Origin: Phallusia mammillata
Lineage: Eukaryota
DNA: 64,000 bases
Assembly: GCA_965637545.1 (NCBI GenBank)
Contig: OZ281495.1
Span: 7,378,001 to 7,442,000, forward strand
Direction of reading: 5' to 3'
Each line of letters begins with the position of its first letter. Position 1 is the first letter of the stretch. Both the position numbers and the translations under genes were made by a program. The notes below the pieces were generated by a model. The model saw only the letters and a list, made by a program, of their open reading frames with translations, did no database searches and had not been told where the DNA came from. Shown here piece by piece: positions 51,601 to 64,000 of this stretch.

Positions 51601-54031
51601 TGGCTGGCGCGATGTTGACGCGTTGGCACGTGAGATATGTGAACGGCCCTCGAGTTGATTAAAAGCGACGGGAGCAAGCGTTACTGGCGCCGGACTGACG
51701 GCGATGCGACCACTCGAAGGCCGAGGTGTAAAGAAGGGTCCTCGATCGCGGGCGTGCGGCCCTCGCCGATTGTAGATTATCATTCCTCGATCTAATATTC
51801 GCGCGTTAATAAAATAAGGTGATGATTGGTGTGAAGCACACGTTCCGACGACAGCTCAACGATGGAGCTCAGATCCCAGTAGTTCGAGCAACAACCAGCG
51901 CATTTGTTTATATACGAGGTTCCATTTTACGGTTTAAGGGCCCTCGTGTGTTCCAGAGCTGGTTGTTCACTTCAACGTGCAAAGTCGCACGCTTTGTCGT
52001 TGGCGATAAGCTGTTGATTCAAGCAACTAATCGGTTAATTCGTTAGTGGGTATAATAATCATCGTTTTGGCGCCGCCATTGCATCAACAAATTGTACAAA
52101 GCTCATGGTCATAGGCCATGAAAAGCCACAATAATAAAATCATTTCAGACATGCAAAACCCTTGGACGGTAGTTGCAAACATAAATACTAAACTGCCTGA
52201 TTTTTTTAATACGCAAGAAATAAAGGTGTGCAGCTACTAAAACATGTTAGTAGTATAAAGCAAAATAAAATTAGTTAATGGACTTTGTTTCGTTTTAGAC
52301 TCCCAAGTATAATAACTATAGGTAAGCAAAAACATCTATGCGCCTTTGAGCTGATTTTATTTCATAAAAAGGACAGCGCAGTGCAATTTTTTCACCCAGA
52401 GTGACAAATAAAGCTCCTTTATTCTTTATCTGTCCAAAATCGTACAAAAGAATTAAACAGCTTTAATAAAGTGATTACCTCAGCGTATAGAGTTTCATTA
52501 ACATTAGCACAGAGGACGTCCAATTGTATGTCATTGTTCGCGCCGCGGTTTGGAACAATTTAAGATAGTTTCCCTTTTTGTTCCTTTTCAAATTCCTGAC
52601 TTACATCAATATTTAATGCTGTAATCCCGCAGGTCATTTTGCTGTGGTCGGATGCGTAATTGATACCAGGTCTTGGAGACGTCAAGTTTTGAATATGGGC
52701 CTTGGAAGCAACCGTTGTCAGCAAAAACTTGATCCCATCTATTTGTATTCATGTATTGGTTGATGATCAAACGTTTGGGCTAAACGTTATGGAATTAGGC
52801 GATAAAGATCGAAAAAGCGTTTGAATTCGCACTTAGTTCTTTGTTTCACGACGCATCGGGCATTCGAGTTTCGTTTTAATTTTCCATCTGGTGACGCCTG
52901 CCAGATCTTAATGGAATTACGAGTGGCGCCGGCCTATACAAAGTGGTTGGCTGGTGTATTAAATTTATCCTCTTTTTGCTCTAGGGATTTACTCACAGTA
53001 TGAAATTCATTTGCATAAACTGACCATGGCCACTACAAGTTGTTTTGCGTTTCCTTGTTAAACACGTGTGGACGCCAATATGTTGCTATTTGCGTCTATT
53101 GGGGTAGTTAGTTTCAATTTTTAAGCTATTTAATTTCTCTGACAAATGCACAGGGTTTAAAAAAGGCTGTGAAAACAGTCTGTAGAAGGTAGAGCAAGAT
53201 TCACCAGCTTACTCCCCAAAAATATCATTGCAAGCAAAACCAACTAGGGGATAATGACTTGGGTAAACTCAGCCCGTTGGGGAGATCTCTTTATCTGATG
53301 CGTGCCCACGAAACGAGAGCGGGGAAGGAAGAGAAAAAAGAGAAAGAACAACACCCGTCCGCTCAGGATATCTAAGTATGATAGATGGTCAATCGAGTTT
53401 TGATGTTTTGTTATTGCTGGACACGCGGCGGACTTGTCGTAACTGACCGCCGGAGTGATGTCGTTTCACGCAGATTGGTCGTGGCCAGGAATTAACAGGA
53501 CGACGAAACGAGAACAAAAACCTTCATCTGCACACGATGATGGTCGTTTTGTTTTCAGTCATTGGGAACTATGATGGATTGGAGGCTGTCTGGCAGGATG
53601 GGAGATTGTACACTTAAATACGGTGTTGGAGTGAATGCCTTTAAGGGCACTGTATGTAGAGACACGTTTTGGAACATGAATAAAAGTGTTAAGGGACTTG
53701 TGCTTTTTTGTAAGCCATGTACATTTCCGGCCAAAATTTGCTCTGACCAAATTAGGACTCGTTCATTATCAAAATGAAATAGCAAACTTTGCTCCAAGTG
53801 AACGCTGTTTTAAAATGTACGTTTTTTGAAACATACAAAAATATTATTTACAAATTTATTAAATAATTTGCACTTCCTCAAAAATTTGAACATTTGCACA
53901 TTACTTAAAATGTTGTTTTATGAAAAGGAAGGACACAAAAGTATTTTATTCGGTGGGTTGCTTTTATTTTAATAATAGACAAAAAGTGTGAACAAACTAC
54001 ACTTGCAATGGTTAACTCACAACAAAACGAA

Positions 54032-54074
54032 AATTAGACAAATCGTAGAATACTAATTAGACAAATCGTAGAAT
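54032..54074. repeat. Short tandem duplication, 23-bp period
   Basis: aattagacaaatcgtagaat at 54032 and 54055. Confidence 0.85.
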
Positions 54075-57000
54075 TGCAGAATATGCAATATCGGTACTAT
54101 TGTACCCCTATATTGCATGGGCCAATACGTTGAGCAGCGGCGCACGTAAAATGCGTCATTGATTAAGAGATGGACTTCTACTGCCCCCTGTCGGTCACGC
54201 GTGAAAATATGCACATCGTAATTCGGTTTGTGATAAAACAATTACATTATTTTACGGGTCAATTAATAAGTTTAAAATTTTTACACGTTGCATACTTGAT
54301 CCCATTTTTGCAGAGGAAAAAAGAAAACAGAACACAAACGCAACCTTTACATACAACAACAACATTACCATGTATTATTGAAGACTAGTCTTTACATTAC
54401 GAAGTTTTAGGCTATATTTTTATGTATTATTTTTGATGACGTTTATAGCAGTACACCATTTACCATTTAATCTAAAGTAGCCACGACACAATCTAACTTC
54501 CGATCCGGCGTCAAACTCTTCTAAATCAACACTTGGAAATCATGACACAACATTGGTTTGACAAGTTAATTCGAAATTAGTCAAGGCTTGCAAATCACGT
54601 TTGCAAGTCAAAATAAACACAACCAAGATAGAGAGAAACTAACCAACATTTGGTGCTAGCATTTGGGTTTACGGGCGCTCGCGGAACAACACAAATCTCA
54701 GCATCGGGCGGTAATAATATTTAAACAAAACCGTTGATCTGTTTTGCACATCGCAAAATCAACATTAGAACAAGGTTGCCGCAGAGGACATTGGAAGCAG
54801 AGAACGATAGGAGCAAATAAACAGGCGTCGGGGGCAGCCATTAGGAAAACAGCGGGATCCGTTTGTAACGCAACGCAGCTCTGGATAAGGCAGGTCATGA
54901 ACGCTGTGGCAAACCTTGGCGCCATTCTTAAGCACATAATCGTTGTTCGACGCTCCGGCAGCGCCACAAATTGTTCTTAATCGGCCGCCACAATTGTCAC
55001 AACCAACTACGCGAGATCGCACAGCATCAACGTTAGCCCGTTGCCCTGGTGACGTTTATCCGCGTGATCGAGAGAGCGCGTTTCGCTGCGGTCCCCGCAC
55101 CTAATGAATTCACAATTTTTCTGTCTGCGGTGGAAATCTTCGCGCCAATTCAAAGGTCAAAACGGAGACAAAACAAAATACGAGTAATTGTCCTTTTTTC
55201 TAAAAAATGTATCTGTTGTATAGCAAAAATTGGTGAGCAAAATGTTAAACAATTAATAACAAAAACCCTTTTAAAATTGATTAATGACGAATATTTTCGT
55301 AAGGATTCTATAGACACCCAATAAGTAGCATACACTGATAATAATATCAGTAATTGTGAAAAGTTTGCAATAAATGTATTTACTATGTAGAGGTTGTCGG
55401 ACGGTTGTTTTTGATCAAGAAAATTGAAATACAGCATAAAAAAAGACTTGATCTTTTATAGTGCATGTTTTTATCAATTCTGGTTGAATACAAGCATTAT
55501 GTTTCAAATAGTTTGTCAACTTTCCCACGATATAAATATTGCAGAAAACATCTAACATTGACCCCATGTACACAATCGCCACAATATCATACCACAACAT
55601 TTTTGCGTCATCACATTGAAATTTACAAAACCTAGAAGCTCAAATGACAAGCCAAAGGTCTGATGCAATACGTGGCTGGCGACCGAACGATGCCGAGATT
55701 AAAATCTTGAGCAAAACTCACGCCTGATAACATCAGTGGTCAACAAAATCCACGCATGAATTTCAAGCCTGTCTCGTCCCGTTTCGTCAGAAATAACCGC
55801 AAATTTCTCACTTTACCATTGGCGTTTTTTTCGATAAAGTCTGGTATGTGCTTGGATTTTTTGAGTTGGTAATAAGAATTTTTACTTTTACGACTGTATT
55901 TAATTTTCATGTTATGAAAAGTAGATTCACGCACAAAATTAAAGTTTTATAATTAAAAATTTAACAGTTTTTTTTCAACCCCAGTTCCATTTGATTTAAA
56001 AATAAGTTTGGCATTGAAGTTATAGGCTGTTAATTAGTTGTTGTTGTTTTTCAACATTTTAACTGAACACGAAATAGGCCTTATTTTGTAAAAAAAACGT
56101 TGAGTTTTTGCCAAGACATTTTTTTGATTATTCTGTATTGCATCCTAAATTAAATCTTTTTTGCCGCGAGAGTACAGCGAAATTTTTGCCAAAAGCACTT
56201 AAATTTTTAAAAGAAAACTATAGTAGTAACACCAATTGTTTGGTTGATTTTAACTAATTGTTACCAAATTACGAAGAGGGAAGACTCCTAAATCAAAATG
56301 GCGTTGCACTGCTCCCGCTGAAGGCATTTTATCAAATAATCTGACAAGAAACATTTTACAAGGTTTAATTTACTTTGGAACAAGATAGAATGGCCACAAC
56401 TTGATCGTTCGAGCTTGGAATGCGCAATCCTTTAGTTTTTGTCTCCTTGACAAGGTTAACAACAAATCCAATACAAACTTAAAACAATAGAAATGAAAAT
56501 TAAAAGATTTAGGCATTTCTGCTTTTGACTGATGCTTTAAACGCAAGCAACAAAATTAAATAATAATAAATGGTGTTGTACAGTACAGATAGCAATTGCA
56601 TACGTGGTGATAATAAGATAATAAAACAAAAATGCAACAAGTTTAAATTATTAGTTTGCAATTATATTGTTTTACTCTGTATGTAACTGTTTTGCTTTTT
56701 GCATGCATTTATGTAACGCCCATCTAGGCTTTTAGAAGTTTGCTTCAATGACAACAACAGTAATTGTTCAAAGGTTGGAAAGTGTATATTTTCTTTTTAC
56801 GCAGGGACATTGGCCGCTATTTTTTTAATTTCATGATTTTAATATTTTTAAAAACAAAGAATGTAAAACGCCGATTAACATCACACACAAACAGAAACAA
56901 AAAGTGACAAAAGAGCTAAAGATATCCACGGTCACCAGCACTTAATATCTGACATCATTACGACAGTTTAAAGTGCATTGACACTCCTGCACTCTTATGG

Positions 57001-60000
57001 TTACAAACAGCTACATGGAAGTTTTTAAGCTGCTGACAAGGCGCCTGTGACACTCAATTACAACAAGTTTTGCCAAGTGGCAAGACGCAAAAATGTGTTC
57101 CGTCTGCATCATAAGCAAACAAGTTACACATGCTTGCTTGACTGGAGAAATAATTTGCATGCTATTGTGTAAACCCATTACAAGCACCCATAAAAAAATG
57201 TTTAAGTAAGAGAGTTATATTGTGAGAATTCTAAAGATTACTGAGATCCTAATAAAGTTAATGTCATAAACATGCCATGCAAATTAAAAATGTTTTATAA
57301 TTTCAAATGTTTTCCGAAGGAACATTTCAAAGTCGATTGGTCTTAATGCATGAATCGCTGTAGAAAGCATAAAGCTTTGATTTAAATAGTTATCTTTTAA
57401 AAATGACAAATAATTGAAGAAACATCATGCTTTACTCCAGTTTACTCCAGTATAGGTTTGTCTTTACATTATTTCCATATTTTTATGTCATACAAAATAG
57501 GATACCGAAAAAATTGAGCCATTTTGTTTCCAACCATTGTAACACCTTAACCTTTGTTCGTATACAGCCAACTAGGCGTCAACGCAAACAAAATACAAAA
57601 CAGTGTTCTTAGTTTGTTGTGTTGGGACATAAGCCTTGTGGCTATAATCGTTCTACGCTGGCTTGAGTTTATATCGCGCAAATTACTCACATGAAAGAGA
57701 GCTTTAATCCTATGCGGTAGGATCGGCGCCTAACGCCCACATATCAACTCGAAACTGGACTTAGTACTTGTCACCTTTGTGTGACCTGGACCACAGACAA
57801 TACTGAATTTGAGGTTTTGTGCGTCGACCAGCGGTGCTATACAGATCACTTGAAATTTTAGCGGTGTATGAAGCTCACTGGTGGTGACATTTGGTGTCTT
57901 TTCGCCACTGTGGAATAAAATACAGAGAAGTGTGTGGGAGCATGTTTATAATTTCACTCAAAGTTCAAATGGGTTCAATCGGTTCTAAAGTAATAGTCAA
58001 AGCGTAAAATTACAATAAAATAACAATGCATCCTGATTTTGTTTGAATAAGATACTGACTATGCCATTAAAACGAAAAATGCATTACCAAATGACGATTG
58101 GCCTTTTGTTTTTCTTTATTTGAATCAATAAAACTATCTGACAATGTTTGACATTCACATACGGTTAGCGGACTGTACAGCACCGTTGGTGGCGATACCC
58201 AGCAAACCAATGTATTAACCAATGTATTTAGCCAAATTTTGCACAAGCTTCATGTTTTTCATGAACAGTTTTGTTGCCCTATGATTTGCACCAACACACA
58301 CCTAAAGAAGAAGAACTTTGTGAAGAATTAACATTTTTTGAAAAAGTCAAAACAACAAATATCAAGTTCACACAAAGATTTCCCGTTTCAAAACATACTG
58401 ATGAACAGTTGTTACCGAGTTGTAATTGTCTCTTTTGTGGCATAATAGCTACTTGACATTTCAAATCCCTGTTGTACCGGAAATATCACCAAAAGGGACA
58501 ATCCCCTATACTTTACAATGTCTTACAGCGAACACAATGCACGAAGAAGCAAGACTAAGCAGCTTGCTGCAGGACTCTCATCAATTATGTACAACCAGCA
58601 GCAAGTAAGATGGCCAAAGCACCTAGCAATTACTAAAACCAAAAGGCGCTACAAACCGGACACAGCAACGATTAGGATGACCAGGGGTGCCCATTGTCCC
58701 ATATCGGTCATTTTCCAAGGACTAAAGGTCACTAATAATAGGTGGTTAGGTGAATATGCCACTTTACTTGCGGTAAGAGTCTTTATGCGTTTTAATTGCA
58801 ATGCAAGGGGCGCTGCAAAGACGGAAATAGCGCTGGAACATTGTAAGGGGTTATTGAATATTCATTAGTACATTTGTAAAGTCATACATTTAAACGTATG
58901 GCATCAATGCAAAATATAAATTGCCACGGTGTATTGTGGGCAATTAAGAAGCTTTAACTGAGAATTCTTAAAAAATAATTAGTAAAGAATATAATTTTAT
59001 GCGGCAGCGGACGTGTTAAATAGCAAAATTTCATGAAGCGACTGTTTCGTATTGGCATAGTATTAGGATAAAACGACATTCAATAAACTATTCCAAAGGA
59101 TCAATTCTGAAAATATTTCCAAACATGCCCACAAAAACTAGTTCCAAAGTCGTTTAAATAAAAAAGCATTTACAAGAAAATATGTTGACATGTATTTAGA
59201 ATGTTTAAGAAATATAGTGTTTTATTGTAATGGACTTGCCAAAGTACGTTTTGCCCCAAACAAACGAAATTGAAGGCTTTATTGATGACTGAATCATTCT
59301 GGTTTAGGTAAATAAAAACAGGTTGAAACCAAAAAGTTTTGCAACACAATGTTGTGTCGTTGACCAAACAGTTGGTAAAAAGTGTTTTCTTCCTACAAAT
59401 CATTTTAAAAGAATTAGTGTTTCCACTAAAAAGATTATTCAAGCGGACACAGCGAACCACCACCACACTTCCCCCCTTGAATCGTCATCAGCCTTGACCT
59501 CGCGCGGCTAAGGTCGAACATCACATATTAACACAGGCCCAAATCAAATTTGTAGCCGACAATTCGACATAGCAGGGCCGGGAGAGGAATCTGGAGTCAA
59601 CATGGCGCCAGGCAGCGAGGCTATATTAGATTAGCGCGTCTCATGGGTGACGCTCTCAGCTTACAGACGACGCATCAACACGTCCCACTGCGACCTGACG
59701 TAAGCCAGGGAACACGGTGCTGGTTGTAATCGGGCGGAATTACAAGCTACGAGCCAAGACGAGTTTCCGCCGGCTGACCTGCCTGAACGGGATAAATATG
59801 CGAAGAAGGTACTCTGAGATATGACCCATATAAAAGCATGCAAATATTTTGGAGAAAAAATGGACTCAATTTCCAAAGCCAATGCATGTGCTTGTATATG
59901 TGAAACGCCGCCAAAGTCTGTGTAAAGTCATGGGACATTTTTTAAGAAAAATGATTCAATGTTTTTAGGTCATTAATTTGACAAAGTTGCTGTGCTTGTA

Positions 60001-63000
60001 TTGACAAGTAAGCTCGCCGCAAAAGTCCAAAAACAAGGAAAAAGTGTCAAAAATCATAGCAACAAATCAACATCACGATATGTTGTCGTAAACTGGAAAT
60101 CACACAACAAATTGGGAAAATATCAATTACCAAGTAGAAATTCAGAGATATGAGTCTGTATTTTGCAGCAACAGTCAGGCGATAATAAACTAAACCAAAA
60201 ACTTAGCATTATTTTTACTAGGACGACCATGCACAAAATTAACGTATTCTTTTATGTGCACTGAAATATTAAAAAAAAGAAAAACAATGCAAAGACACAA
60301 TCTGTGTTAGAAATAAAAATCTACTTGCAGCACTGTTTGTGAAACATATTTTGACGTCTTGAAAAAGCGCTTTAAAATATTTTATACAATAGTTTGCATT
60401 TTTAACGAGTACTGTGACTCGTGTGCCTTGCCATATTAGTTTCAGTTTGAAAGTATTAGCAATTGTAAAGGCTGCACATCGGAAAAAATAAAAAAGGTCA
60501 CAGCGCCAAACACCTAAAAACAAATTTGCCTTGAAATTGACACTTAAATGACACAAATAAAAAATTGGTTCAAAACAAATAACGTATTCACAACGTAATT
60601 TAATATTGGTAATAACCACAATTTTCAAATCTCACTTTGGAAACAATTGTAACTTAATACTGTCTCCTGCGGCTGCTTAAACCGATAATTTTTAAAACCC
60701 GCCATTTTTGTTTACTCTACCATAGATTTTGCAAATGATTACAATTTCAGTTGCCCTTTTCAAAACCAAAAGTTTTCATTATCTCTAAGTCTAAAATCAA
60801 ATATTATACTTGCCGCATTTTCACGTCTACTAAAAATATGATAAAAAATTGTGGAGCAAAAACATTTGCATCCAATTAAGGAAACGTAGCACAAATAAAC
60901 TGATCTTCAAACACAAATTTAATTTCACTTAACTATTGTGTTCTAAACGACAAAACATATCCAAAGGTAATCGTTACAACTTAAACAGCTTTTTACAGTT
61001 ACAACTGTAACAGTGGGCTGAAAGTCATTTGACAGACAGGTTGATAAAATGTGAATGTGCATGAGTTTACCACCAACGAATTGGATTTAGGTTGTTATTA
61101 ATCCCTCAAGAATAAAGTTTAGGAAATTTGATCATCGCCACTTAGTGTAGCCGGTTATCGGATTAGGTGTGCGGGAAAATATTTAGTAAGGGAAAGTATG
61201 TGGGCCTAAAGTTTGAACGTTGGCAACACTGTCCTTAAGCAAACCTATTGTTATATATCATTGCAACATGTTGATTTACTGAATTTAAGTTATGGCTGCA
61301 TTAACCTAAAATGAATGGCAAATTATATTTGAGAAAACGCATGTTAAAAATTGCATCCGGTTCCATAATCCAAGGACAAATGAATGATTCATTTGTTGTT
61401 TGTGACTGAAATAGCAGCACGGAAAATAGCGGATTTCTGAAACTTTGATGTGTTTTGCGCGATTTTCCGCTTTAACACGACACTGGCATTATCATAAGGA
61501 ATGCGCAACTTTTATAAGGCTTGTAAAGCAACGAAGGTCAACGTTTATTAATACTAAGGTGCAACCTGCAAAGCTTTTAACTGTTTCACATTTTAAACTA
61601 AACTAGAACGAAGCGCGAGCGCCACCTTGCGTCCAGTCGCCAAAATATTATGCTCAGTATTTTATTCACTGGACAAGCATAAATATTTCATTTTGTCCAC
61701 GCCGGTATATTGAAGGTGCGACGTAGCCAATGCGTGGTCTCATTATGTTACTGTTACTGTTTAAAGCAGGGGCGAAAATGAGGTGAAATTGTTACGCTCA
61801 ATTACGGGCAACGGTGCGATGAAATTTATATTAATATTGTTCGATGCGGGATTGGCCCTGAAGCGGGTATCGGGGCATTTTGCGTCGTTTTGACACGCAC
61901 GCAACGTGTTAATGACGTTTATGAGCAATTTATATACATTAGTGTGAAGGAAAATATTTTTTCTGATAGAAAACTCGCTATAAGCCATAAACACGCTGCT
62001 GGAAACGCCTTCACCTTTTCCAATACTTATCTAAAGTTATGTTTCTAGGTTTAATTGAATAAGAAACTGAGTGTGTCAAAGGGGAAAAATATTTGTTGAA
62101 ACCAAAAAAAATAAAATTCAACATCATTTGGTGTGGCTCCTTTATAATTTCCAGTCCACCTAAACCTTACGTTTTAACGACAGAACCATAGCTGCCAACC
62201 CAACGGCTATATAAATAACGCAATGCAGAATTGAGGTGGTGTGACATTTTGTGTAGTGTAATTTCCTCTCCATCCCCTCACATATATTCACATTCGTTTA
62301 CATAGGAACATAAACCACATCCCGAAAAGTCAACTTTATCAGTTATTTCCATTGAGAAAGCTGAAAATGTTCAGTTGAATTCCCAAACAAACGACGGGAG
62401 AATCAACGTAAGTGGAATGAGAAACTCGCAGTTCAATGCAATTCGTTTTACTTTCTTTCTTCCCACAAAGCACGGCACAGGAGAAAGTAGTCAACATTGG
62501 GTCAGGTTTTTCTGCTCCGTTTCATGTCGAACCTGACCACATCTCAGCAGTTACCCTTTTTCTATTCATCGTCTATCTCTGTTCTACAGATAAAGGGTGA
62601 TATGCATTCGAACCATAGACGAAGCTTAGAATCCTTTTTCTTGAAAACGAGTCAACATGCCCTGGTACTCAAGTCAAAAAATAAACGCATATTTTCGGAA
62701 ACAATTAATATTCATTTCACGGTTAACTAGCATGTAAAGATACACTCCCAATCTCACACAGCTTTCTCCTCACTAAGAAAAAAGGCCCCAGCAGTTCCTT
62801 TAACCCCCACTAGCAACCATATCACACCACCTTATGCTCATTAAATACAAACCCTAAATATATACTCACACTTAATACTTCTAAATCTTATTAACACAGC
62901 CAAGACAAAACACCTTGTCGCAATGAAACATAATTTGAACTATAGCTTGTGGAAACGTGCGGTCTGCTTCCACGAACCAGGTTTGTACGTCACAAAAATC

Positions 63001-63564
63001 ACGACCCACACGGATATCAACATGATGGACAATATCTCATCGAACTTGCATTGCCAGATTATGTTGTATTGCACAACAGACGGTTGCAGCTAGCAAAAGT
63101 GCTACCCGCTCCGTGCAAATCTCAGAAACGTGGCTTAACCAAGGCCACGGGAGTGTCAATCAAACAGGCGTAACTGATGGAGTCTGACAACTCTTCCCGA
63201 GGCTAGGCAGATTACAAACCGCTGTACACAAGCTGTGACGTCAAAGAGGAGACCAGTAGATGAATGAGATGCATTGAGATGATTGAGACGCGCGAGTTAT
63301 CGGAGATGTGCCTCGACCAAAGTGATTGATGTCGATTTGACCGCAACGCTCAACCGGATGACATATTGTTGGCCCGCAATTCAATTTGTTTTGAGGATAA
63401 TTTTATAGCATGTTTTCTGCAACCCGCTAAGGCGTTTTGGTGATGTTTATTTCATAAATATTTGCAGAAGTTAGCATATCTGAAGTAAGATGGAAAATTA
63501 AGTTTAACAAGTTACCTTATATAGTCAACAAAATTGAGTTTTGCAGTAATCTAAAGTTCTAGAT

Positions 63565-64000
63565 CAGTGGTTCCCAACCTTTCGTGGACCATGGCCCCCT
63601 TAAAGTAACTTTTTGGCCTCGTGGCCCCCTTCAAGTTACCATGTAAGACCTGTGGCCCCCTTAAAATGTAGATAACAATCTCGCGTTGGAATGCGGTATT
63701 AATTTTGGCCTTAAACAGGTCTAATAGAGTAAACGAGCGTGATAAACCTCACTATAAACAAATAGTAAGATGTGAAATAGTCGATTAAATTCGGGAAAAA
63801 AGTTAAAGTGAAAATTACTTTTAGTGGGTGTTTCGAATCTACGCCCGTGCCCCCCGGAACACAGCTCGTGCTTTATCACGACACGAAAACTTGCACTCAT
63901 ACATGATGGTCGCAACATCACGATCCCGAAAAAAATCAAATCAGATATTAAAACTAGATCAGAAATGCAAAGCAAAGCGGCGACACTGAAGCAGCATCGT
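63565..64000. mobile_element. Left end of a hAT (Charlie-like) DNA transposon or MITE; right end not seen in window
   Basis: Starts CAGTGGTTCCCAACCT, a typical Charlie-type terminus, preceded by ttctagat, a TCTAGA-like target. Three subterminal TGGCCCCC repeats at about 30 bp spacing (63592, 63622, 63653). The extent beyond about 63670 is uncertain. Confidence 0.72.

Noticed and set aside
24356-51700. GGCGCC-N5-GNCV composite Mad/Medea activating elements (e.g. 29193, 46762, 51686)
   Set aside because: The few matches are about what chance gives among roughly 38 palindromic sites, so composite spacing is not supported.
58271-58868. Possible decayed LINE fragment (TANTMHEEARLSSL resembles a post-reverse-transcriptase motif)
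   Set aside because: Only a few residues match and no RT or endonuclease motifs are visible. A TBLASTX/HMM search against Repbase or Dfam would be needed.

Overview
This is AT-rich animal genomic DNA, not prokaryotic. A tunicate/ascidian-like invertebrate chordate is my best guess, but the taxon is inference only. The 64 kb window holds one supportable protein-coding gene: a six-coding-exon T-box transcription factor of the Tbx2/3 (omb) subfamily on the + strand. The CDS is join(25773..26152,37335..37605,39420..39566,42979..43055,43184..43296,43494..44815), 2310 nt, 769 aa, with all introns GT-AG and phase-compatible. The gene sits in a gene desert of about 25.7 kb upstream, an 11.2 kb first intron and about 19 kb downstream, built of alternating CpG-rich blocks and AT-rich spacers. 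By manual count this non-coding landscape is strongly enriched in GGCGCC (about 38 copies), AAAATGGCG (10) and TGACGTCA (9). Also present are a complete hAT-type MITE with target-site duplication (48319-48638), the left end of a second hAT element (63565 onward), and a tandemly duplicated tRNA-like A-box/B-box module next to a CTCF-like motif (914-1182). I found no clearly new biological system; the most interesting signals are cis-regulatory and need computational or experimental checks. All counts were made by eye, and expected counts assume about 40% GC (estimated, not computed).
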